Below are positions 1 through 7,400 of a stretch of DNA of 55,822 bases, piece after piece (the stretch's first letter is position 1; each line of letters opens with the position of its first letter). Under the pieces are notes generated by a model, which worked only from the letters and a program-made list of their open reading frames with translations, did no database searches and was not told the origin of the DNA. The stretch covers positions 1 to 55,822 of the IMG/VR virus record IMGVR_UViG_3300020469_000059, one strand, 5' to 3'. Source of the stretch: a virus. Its lineage: Duplodnaviria; Caudoviricetes. Made by a program: the position numbers and the translations under genes.

Positions 1-3
1 ACA

Positions 4-342
4 ATGAAAAAAAGCACGACGCATATACCACTAATGAACGGCGATGGAGAAGTAAGATGGGTCTCAGCCCACGGTTATCACTGGGAATGGGAGGGATTCA
101 CATTCGTGATCCACCGTCCGGTTGATCCGAATGATCTCGGAAACCAACCGTTCAAGTCGAAAGGGTGGGTCATGACTGAGACTAATACTGGAGCAAAGGT
201 GAGTGCGTTACCATGCACTACACGTGACGATCTAATTAGCTACATGACTGACAAGCTCAACCTCAATGGGGTTGATAAATTCTCCCGCCTTGTCGCAGCT
301 AACCTCAACAAGCGACGTGATGCGTTGCAAAATAAGGGTTAG
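4..342 (+). CDS. Hypothetical early protein (112 aa)
   Basis: ATG ORF, co-directional with the early block. Confidence 0.7.
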   Translation: MKKSTTHIPLMNGDGEVRWVSAHGYHWEWEGFTFVIHRPVDPNDLGNQPFKSKGWVMTETNTGAKVSALPCTTRDDLISYMTDKLNLNGVDKFSRLVAANLNKRRDALQNKG

Positions 343-355
343 TTTTACATCTATT

Positions 356-413
356 CCCCGCTCCGGCGGGGCGTAGCTCACAGCTACCAGTATGCTGGTG
401 GTTGCGAGCTATG
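356..413 (+). promoter_or_regulatory. Early double-hairpin leader element, copy 1
   Basis: CCCCGC-TCCG-GCGGGG hairpin, then an ~18-bp stem GTAGCTC...GAGCTAT ending in the ATG at 411. Confidence 0.8.
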
Positions 414-641
414 ATAAAGCATGAACATAGAGGGTTTACCCTCGAACTAGATAGGGACGGTGACAACACCGTCTACGCCGACATCTCGAAAGGAGACTTT
501 GTAGGATCGCTCGCAATGGTAGAGGATCTTGGAACCCTCGACCACTACGATGACTGGTCGAAGACCCCAATGAAAGTCCCCCAATCAACGGTGGAATTCT
601 TCCAAAAATGCGAGGAAGAATTCCTCGCCATGACAGACTAA
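411..641 (+). CDS. Hypothetical acidic early protein (76 aa)
   Basis: ORF track 402..641; ATG at 411 sits at the same place in the element as in copies 2 and 3. Confidence 0.75.
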   Translation: MIKHEHRGFTLELDRDGDNTVYADISKGDFVGSLAMVEDLGTLDHYDDWSKTPMKVPQSTVEFFQKCEEEFLAMTD

Positions 642-656
642 CCCTAACAGCTACCA

Positions 657-713
657 CCCCGTTCCGGCGGGGCGTAGCTCTCAGCTACCGGACTCCGGTG
701 GTTGAGAGCTATG
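657..713 (+). promoter_or_regulatory. Early double-hairpin leader element, copy 2
   Basis: CCCCGTTCCGGCGGGG-CGTAGCTCTCAGCTACCGGACTCCGGTGGTTGAGAGCT-ATG. Confidence 0.8.
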
Positions 714-746
714 AGCAAAACAACTGAACCAAGAGACCTACCTTGA
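711..746 (+). CDS. 11-aa minigene or gene remnant (MSKTTEPRDLP)
   Basis: ATG of leader copy 2 reads to TGA at 744-746. Confidence 0.3.
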   Translation: MSKTTEPRDLP

Positions 747-764
747 ACCTCTAACCTAACCGAT

Positions 765-1451
765 ATGAAATTGAACTCAATACACGGCAATAACCGTTAC
801 TGTGGCCCCGCAGCAATCTCCGCGATCACCGGAGCCTCGACAGATGATGCAGCGTATGCCATCCGTCAGAAATCAGGACAGCGTTTCGTCAAAGGCGCAG
901 CCATTCCCCATGTCATCGCTGCCCTCCGCGAATCAGGAGTCTTCGCCGATCAGGTATACTCCGCTCCGGTAGGTAAAGGTCTGACCTTCGCTCAATGGCG
1001 TAGGCACAGCAAAGATGATCGGAAGGCTGGTGTGGTCTATCTCATCGTCGCTGGCAACCATTATCAAGTGGTGTCGGGACGCAAGGCTACCTGTGGTAGG
1101 CTTCGTGAGATTGTCAGCATCGCAGACAAACGTCTCAAGCAACGAGCCAGAGTGTATGCAGTGTGGAAGCTGAGTGCCTCCAAGATCACCCCTCCGTCCC
1201 AGCCCAAACGAGCGAAAGATCTGAATGCCAGCGCAAGGTCGAAGGCCCGAAGACTCGCCACCAAGCACGGATGCAAGATCGACATCGATCAGGGATACGA
1301 CGGCGAGAGAAACCACTACTGGGTCTTCGGCCCCGATCATGTGGAAGCGGACGAAGACTACATCTTCTCCGGCGATCACATAGCATACGATTGGGTCGAG
1401 GTCGTTGATCGAATCGAGAGGATCGCTGCCTTTGCAGAAACGCTCGACTAA
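765..1451 (+). CDS. Papain/C39-like cysteine peptidase-fold early protein
   Basis: N-terminal YCGPAAISAITG and later YLIVAGNHYQVV give a Cys...His pair in C39-like context. Confidence 0.55.
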   Translation: MKLNSIHGNNRYCGPAAISAITGASTDDAAYAIRQKSGQRFVKGAAIPHVIAALRESGVFADQVYSAPVGKGLTFAQWRRHSKDDRKAGVVYLIVAGNHYQVVSGRKATCGRLREIVSIADKRLKQRARVYAVWKLSASKITPPSQPKRAKDLNASARSKARRLATKHGCKIDIDQGYDGERNHYWVFGPDHVEADEDYIFSGDHIAYDWVEVVDRIERIAAFAETLD

Positions 1452-1465
1452 CCCCTAACCGTTAT

Positions 1466-1525
1466 CCCCGCTTGACGGCGGGGCATAGCTCTCAGCCTCC
1501 GGCCAGTCGGAAGTTGAGAGCTATG
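1466..1525 (+). promoter_or_regulatory. Early double-hairpin leader element, copy 3
   Basis: CCCCGCTTGACGGCGGGG-CATAGCTCTCAGCCTCCGGCCAGTCGGAAGTTGAGAGCT-ATG; substitutions mostly preserve pairing. Confidence 0.8.
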
Positions 1526-1708
1526 AGCAAACAAGACATAATTAACCATCCAGATGCCTTCCATTTCTTGACGGTAGCCCATGCAGGTGCTGCCTCAATC
1601 GTGGAAGAACTCAACTCGTTCAATCCCGAAGGAAACCTGATCGCGATTGATGACGATCACCCGAAGTATTCAAAGATCTACATCCTAGATTCTGAATTCG
1701 TATCCTGA
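1523..1708 (+). CDS. Hypothetical early protein (61 aa)
   Basis: ATG at the end of leader copy 3, in frame with ORF 1472..1708. Confidence 0.65.
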   Translation: MSKQDIINHPDAFHFLTVAHAGAASIVEELNSFNPEGNLIAIDDDHPKYSKIYILDSEFVS

Positions 1709-1709
1709 A

Positions 1710-1754
1710 CCCTGAACCGTGTGCCATGCATCATGCATGGCATACCATTCAGGG
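1710..1754 (+). promoter_or_regulatory. Internal-loop hairpin, RNase III-site-like
   Basis: CCCTGAA-cc-GTGTGCCATGC-atcat-GCATGGCATAC-ca-TTCAGGG; no U tract. Confidence 0.55.
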
Positions 1755-1807
1755 GTCACAACGACCCACTGAAACAAGAACCAATAAACCAATAGAAAGA
1801 AAAAACT

Positions 1808-2848
1808 ATGCATCAAATTACAGAAATCGATTCCGTCCTCCGTCCTGCTGGCTCCAAGTATCGCACTTGGCACGGCATTGATACGGAGATCCACCGTCCG
1901 ATCAGCCTTCCGGTTGCGGATGAATACGGAGTGTTGCCAGTTGTCTCGAAAGAGGCACTGTTCACCGCCGGAAGCGATGCTCCGGTCGAGAACTTCAAGG
2001 CTCTCACCGCCATCGATAAGAATGGTGAGAAGCAGACACTCGACGTTGTCAGTGATCGATACAGCATCATTCAAAACGAGCAAGTGTTTCGGACCATGTC
2101 GGAATCGTTCAAAGGAACCGGCCTTGATTACACCCTCTCCTGTATCGGAACTTTAGGAGGACTCAAAAAGTTCTTCATCAGTGTCGCCGTAGGCGATGAC
2201 GCTGGCGGTTTCACCGTCAATGGCGATAAGTTTCACGGCAACGTGAACTTCATCACCAGCCATGACGGTGGCTCGTTCCATGCCCATGACAGTCTCACCC
2301 GCATCGTGTGTGCCAACACCCTCCGCTCCTCGATGGCCGGAAATAAGAACGTAAAGTTCAAGATCCGCCACAAGGGAGATACGAAAGCGAAGTGCGCGGA
2401 TCTCTCCCGCTACTTGAACGGTGTGTTCACTGCCCGTGACGAGTTCGTAGAGAACATGGGCAAGCTCGCCGACCAGCGAGTAGCTGGCGATGACATCCGC
2501 CAGATCGTCGGTGGCTTCTTTGTGAAAGAAGCATTCAAGCGTGGCGAGAAACTTGAAGAGGGTTTCAAGACACGTAGCCTGAACATGATCGACGGCATCA
2601 CTGACCTCGCCATCTCCGGTCGCGGAAACAGTGGACGGTCTCTCTATGATGCCCTCAACGGAGCGACTGAGTTTTGGACATCCGGCGATGGTGTTGGCCG
2701 GACAGCGAGTGCCGGAAAGAAAGCCTACTCTTCCGAATTCGGAAACGCTGCTGCCAGCAAGGAGAAGTTCTCCGAGTATCTGATCAGAGGAGAGTTTGAA
2801 TCCTCGCTTCAGGAAGATACAAAGCGCATCCTCGCCCTCACTTCCTAA
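1808..2848 (+). CDS. DUF932 family protein
   Basis: WHG, VVSDRYSIIQNE, GTLGGLKKFF, SHDG, RIVCANT, IRH and YDALNGATEF motifs typical of phage/plasmid DUF932. Confidence 0.85.
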   Translation: MHQITEIDSVLRPAGSKYRTWHGIDTEIHRPISLPVADEYGVLPVVSKEALFTAGSDAPVENFKALTAIDKNGEKQTLDVVSDRYSIIQNEQVFRTMSESFKGTGLDYTLSCIGTLGGLKKFFISVAVGDDAGGFTVNGDKFHGNVNFITSHDGGSFHAHDSLTRIVCANTLRSSMAGNKNVKFKIRHKGDTKAKCADLSRYLNGVFTARDEFVENMGKLADQRVAGDDIRQIVGGFFVKEAFKRGEKLEEGFKTRSLNMIDGITDLAISGRGNSGRSLYDALNGATEFWTSGDGVGRTASAGKKAYSSEFGNAAASKEKFSEYLIRGEFESSLQEDTKRILALTS

Positions 2849-2853
2849 GTGAG

Positions 2854-2898
2854 TCTTGATACACTGCCCCTTCCGATTGGAGGGGGTAGTAATCAGGA
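2854..2898 (+). promoter_or_regulatory. Internal-loop hairpin abutting an ATG
   Basis: TCTTGAT-ac-ACTGCCCCTTCC-gatt-GGAGGGGGTAGT-a-ATCAGGA followed by ATG at 2899. Confidence 0.5.
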
Positions 2899-3156
2899 AT
2901 GAGCCTGAACTTAAACGATAAAACTAAAATGTATAAGTATACAGAAACAGAGCTTCAATCGCTCCCACCGTCATTCGGCGGCAATAATGAATACGGTTGC
3001 GAGACCGTCACCTGCTTCTCGCCTTCACCTAAGAAGGCGGTAGCGTTGGAGGGAACCATCACCCGCTCCCGTGAGGGAGTCGAGGGCGTCCCCGTCCTCT
3101 TGAATGCGACCCTCGTCGCCCCCAACGGTCGAGTCGTTTTCGACCGTTGGGATTAA
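2899..3156 (+). CDS. Hypothetical early protein (start 2899 or 2929)
   Basis: ORF track; co-directional with neighbours. Confidence 0.6.
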   Translation: MSLNLNDKTKMYKYTETELQSLPPSFGGNNEYGCETVTCFSPSPKKAVALEGTITRSREGVEGVPVLLNATLVAPNGRVVFDRWD

Positions 3157-3178
3157 CCCCTCAACCTGAACCCTGAAC

Positions 3179-3224
3179 CCTGAACCAGTGCTCCCTGTAG
3201 ACGATACAGGGAGCACAATTCAGG
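3179..3224 (+). promoter_or_regulatory. Internal-loop hairpin, RNase III-site-like
   Basis: CCTGAA-cca-GTGCTCCCTGTA-gacga-TACAGGGAGCAC-aa-TTCAGG; same outer stem as 1710-1754, different inner stem. Confidence 0.55.
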
Positions 3225-3228
3225 AGTC

Positions 3229-3579
3229 ATGAAGACTCTTGTGAACAAAAGCAAACTAATGAAAATAACAAATAAACAACTCTTGGATTTCGCGAAGACC
3301 CAAGACCCTCAAGACACGTTCGACCTTAACTCAAGCGACAACTGACTAGCCGCTCAGGCAGCTACTCAGTTGAGTGGCCAACGGCATGGGATGAATGGAT
3401 GGTACGACTTCGCTGTCTTCGGCGAGGGTCTGGAATACACGAATGTATCTCCAGAGTATGCTCGCTGGTGTAAGTCGAGACATGAAGAAGACAGGGATCA
3501 GAGTGATCACACTCCTTTCGAGGACGCAGTCGAAGCTCTGAAATCTTTTGTTGAAAGAGAAGAAAACGAGCGTCGATAA
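3229..3579 (+). pseudogene. Early gene interrupted by one in-frame TGA (pseudogene or readthrough)
   Basis: ATG 3229/3259 reads ...FDLNSSDN-TGA(3343-3345)-LAAQAATQLSGQ... and continues in frame into ORF 3370..3579. Confidence 0.6.
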
Positions 3580-3614
3580 TTTTAACCCTAAAACTAAAGA
3601 AGAAACTAATACCA

Positions 3615-3746
3615 ATGAAAAAGAAACTAATAGACTGGCTCATAGGAGCCGTAATATTTATCGCCTTTCTGGCGGTGATCGGAAACATCGAGGTGTTCCT
3701 TGAGGAGAAATTCCCAACCCCATATGATCTGAAGAGCGATGAATAA
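3615..3746 (+). CDS. Small single-pass membrane protein (43 aa)
   Basis: Read manually: MKKKLIDWLIGAVIFIAFLAVIGNIEVFLEEKFPTPYDLKSDE. Confidence 0.65.
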   Translation: MKKKLIDWLIGAVIFIAFLAVIGNIEVFLEEKFPTPYDLKSDE

Positions 3747-3882
3747 CCTAGAAATCATCGGCCTGATTCTGGCCACGCCTCTGATCGTCATCGTCATCGC
3801 CGCGAGCATGGTCAAGTCAGAGGCTCGCCGTATCGAAAAGATGAAAGCCCGTGCCGATAAGAAGAAAGGGAGGAGGTCATGA
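3739..3882 (+). CDS. Small single-pass membrane protein (47 aa)
   Basis: Read manually: MNNLEIIGLILATPLIVIVIAASMVKSEARRIEKMKARADKKKGRRS; ATGA overlap with next gene. Confidence 0.65.
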   Translation: MNNLEIIGLILATPLIVIVIAASMVKSEARRIEKMKARADKKKGRRS

Positions 3883-4319
3883 TCTACTTCACCGACACCG
3901 ACCCCGACGAGGCAGCGAGCAATCTCTGCGACCGTCACTTGCGGAAGACCGTGAGATTCACCCAAAAAGTGTTCGCGGAAGCCGCTGAGAATCGCACACA
4001 GCATCGCGACCCGTATATCCGGTGGGGCTGTGCCAGTCTCGCGAACTTAAAATGGGTCGTTGAACATGGAAACGCAGCGGCCCATGAGCTTTACTATCGA
4101 TTCCACAAACCCGTCCGAATCGAAGACAGCCTGCCTTTGATCAGGGCCAGAGAGAAGATGGACTCTCTGGCCCTCCCGCCCGTAGACCCTGACGATATCA
4201 TATTCCCTTACTCAGTAGGCAAGGTGAGAGAGTTTTACCGTCTAGAGGTTTTTCCAAATTCGAGATGGACAAGGCGGTATCCGCCTGATTGGATGCACCC
4301 GTCACTTCTGGTGAAGTGA
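3879..4319 (+). CDS. Pyrimidine-dimer DNA glycosylase (DenV-like) family protein, divergent
   Basis: MIYFTDTDP..AA..LCDRHLRK, P.IRW...S..N.KW...HG.....E...RF pattern of phage DenV-like proteins. Confidence 0.6.
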   Translation: MIYFTDTDPDEAASNLCDRHLRKTVRFTQKVFAEAAENRTQHRDPYIRWGCASLANLKWVVEHGNAAAHELYYRFHKPVRIEDSLPLIRAREKMDSLALPPVDPDDIIFPYSVGKVREFYRLEVFPNSRWTRRYPPDWMHPSLLVK

Positions 4320-4342
4320 TTGTTTATTCATAGCATAGCACG

Positions 4343-4377
4343 AAGGAGGTAGGGAGAAATCCCTGCCTCCTTTTTTT
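4343..4377 (+). terminator. Intrinsic terminator ending the early block
   Basis: AAGGAGGTAGGGA-gaaa-TCCCTGCCTCCTT plus T tract. Confidence 0.9.
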
Positions 4378-4388
4378 GTGCCTAGAAA

Positions 4389-4423
4389 TAAGTGGGAAAA
4401 ACCGCCCAGAAATTTCCCACTTA
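4389..4423 (-). terminator. Inverted repeat, possible terminator for the giant gene
   Basis: TAAGTGGGAAA...TTTCCCACTTA in the convergent intergenic region. Confidence 0.4.
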
Positions 4424-4449
4424 CTATCATAGATTAATCCACGCAAGCT

Positions 4450-7400
4450 CTACTCAGATTCTGTAATAGGCCGGACAGGAATGTAGCGGTTGAGCTTTGA
4501 GGCGTGGTCGTAGACCTGCTGCGCTCGCGCCCTGCCGTATTCATCAGTCCTTGGGTCGAGCAGGCTCTCGATAATGTATTTGAACGACGGCCTGTCCATG
4601 TAACCTTTACTCAGTAGAGCGACCCTATCTCGACCAAGCTTCTTATCCTTCATCCCCTTGAGGAGGTCGGTGTCGGTGAGTCCGAGAGAGGCGAACCCTT
4701 TATTGATCCGCATCAGTTCGTAGTTAAGGAGGCGTCGATCCTCGATGTTCTCATCGATGATGTCCGCTACCTCGCCGTCGCTCATAGGGACGTTACGCTT
4801 CACTGCGTTGAGTCCGCTCTTCACGTTGTTGAACCTATTGTTAAGATCCAGCAGGTAACGCGAATACTGTTTCTGGAGATCAACATCATGGATACGGAAC
4901 GGCATCGCGCCGTCCATAATCTCAAGACCCATGCCAGTCAGAGATCCGGTTGACCAGCCCTCGTAAAAATCCTTACCGAGTCGCGGAGCGTATGCCTCCT
5001 TGGCGATGTGGCCTAAGATCTTCGATCCTGCTTCCATCGGACCGTCGGCCCCCTTGTTCCAAATTGGTTTACCCGTTGACGGGTTAAGGTTTCGGCGGGC
5101 CTCAGACACTGCTCCCGCGAGAATCTGATCGTCTAAGTATTGATCCCTCACTAAGCCTAACGCGATGGCGGCTCCCGCTTCAGTGAACTCACCTCTGCGG
5201 ATGTTCTCATACCCTCGCAGGAACGGATCGACCAGTAGCGAGTATGGATTGACGTAGGTCAGGTCAACCGACTTCAGCTCACCGTTCCATCTGTAATAGA
5301 AGAACGTATGCCCTCTGAGGTAATCTGGAATGGATGCACGCATGGCCTCGTCCTCCTCATCCCCGATGCCCGATAGCGCGGCGAGTGCCATAGGAAGAGC
5401 GGAAGAAAGAACTCCTATCGTTCCCATCATTGAGTATTTTCTAAACCTACCTCTCCGAACAAGAACAGGGTTGCCGCTGGCGATCTCCTCACTGGCGAGC
5501 TTGAACGTGTTGATCATGATTCGCGGAACCTCCATCTTGAATCGGATGAACGGGGCGAACAGCAGGCCGAGACCGGACTTCGTGAACGCTGCAACGGCTG
5601 GCGGTGCTTGGCTGTATGCCTGTGAGGTCATGACTACCTTGCGTGCGGCCAGACGCTTGATCTGCGTGTCGCTCATAGCGGCGAGGTTGTTGACCCCCAC
5701 TTTGCCGTCCTTGACCGTGCTTGTGTCGGCGGCTTTTGCTTCCATCAGGATTGCCAACTCATGGTTGTAGTAGACGATCTTGTAGGCGGCGTCGAGAGCG
5801 GCGGATAGATCCTGCGCCTTCTTCTCAATCATCGCTAGACCCTTAGTGACTTTATTAAGTTTCGTCTTTTCACCTAAGTCTTCGATCTGTTTCCTGATGC
5901 CGTCGGGAGTTACCTTACCGTTCAGGAGGTCTCTCAGAACTCCGGCGCGGAGTTCGTCGCCCTTGATGTTCAGGCCGATAAGCTCATTAAGCTCTGGGTC
6001 AATCTCGCCGTCTTTGAAAGGTCTTAGGTCATAAGTTCCTTTCAACATTTCAGAGACCATCTTGTCGTAGCGGAAGAATCCCTGAGAGGTTCCGAACAAT
6101 ATGTTACCGATCCCGTTGCGTAAGTAGAATCCGATGGAGCCTAGAGTCTTAGCTGCCATCGCCTTACCGCTAAGGTTAGCGGCTAAACCAACAACTCCCT
6201 TAACAGCCTTCTCCGCTGTGTCGGCGTATCCCATCGAGAGAGAGTCCATGAGCGCAACGTCCAGAATCTCTTTGAATTCAGGATCTACCAGCATTCCTGA
6301 GAGGGGGTCGTTCTTACTCGGCGCACCCGATCTAGCGGCCTCAAAGTTAGCATACTTGGCGCGGCTCTCTGCGGTAGCTAACTTCTCTTTCACCGTGATC
6401 ATGACGCCAGTTCTCTTGCCGTATGCCACCATCTGGTTCAGGAATGCCTGCTGCGACGCGATTGTCGCGACGGTAGAGTAAGTCCGAAGAATCAAATCGA
6501 TACCGGACTCTGACCCAATTTCGCCGAGAAGATTTCGGATCGGCTCCGGCAGCTCTTTACGGCGTCTGAGGTTGTCCTCAATCATCTTGTAACTTTTAGG
6601 CGTGGCCGTCGTCGAGTCTCTGCCGCCCTTCTCATACTGCATCAAGAAGGTGTTAAGCGAACCCTGCGCGTATGATCCATGTGGGCTGCTTTGGTTCTCT
6701 CTTTCGAGGAGTATGCGAGCTTCAACCTTGGCACGCGACTCGTCCATGCCGCCCTCAAACAGCTCCTTGGCCTTAGTTTTTATGTATTGGTCCTCAAAGA
6801 ACTCCATAGCGGCGTCCCTCACATCTTGATAATCGGGATCTTCCCTCACCTTCTGGAGGTAAGACGAGTCGGTAAACATCCTATAACTGCGGGTAATGTA
6901 GATGCCTCCGGTCTTAGAGATCTTGGCTCCAATATTTTTATCGAGGCCAGAGTCAACGAGTTTCTTCTGCAACGGGATGATCAACTCCTGCCGTATGTCG
7001 ATAATGTGAGCGGCTAGCTCTGGAGAGTCCTTAGCGAGGTCTCTCAGAGCGGCGTCGCGGTCGGCTTCCCTAGACTTTCGGGCCTCTTCGTAAGCTCTAT
7101 CGGTGGCCTCAGTTCTCGCATTATGGGCGAGTCCTTTTAAGGAGTTAGCTTGTTCGTCAGTGATCTCGCCTGCTTTGCGCTTCCTCTCTGCGTCGGCGTG
7201 TGCGTCGTCGTAATCTTTCTCGATAGCGTCAAGCACTTCATCAGTAACCATGTTACCTGTGTAGTGTCCCTGCGCGAGAGCGATCATTTCCATCGGCGCG
7301 TTTTCGTAATCGCCGTAGGTCTCCTTAATGAGTTTATCCATCTTCTTTTTATAGGTGACGACGTTAGCCTCAGTAAGTCGCTTGTAAGCGTCTCGGTTCT

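Noticed and set aside
366-413. tRNA gene (GGGGCGTAGCTCA resembles a tRNA 5' end, also in copies 2 and 3)
   Set aside because: No cloverleaf, no GTTCRA T-loop and no 3' acceptor strand; the sequence folds as two simple hairpins
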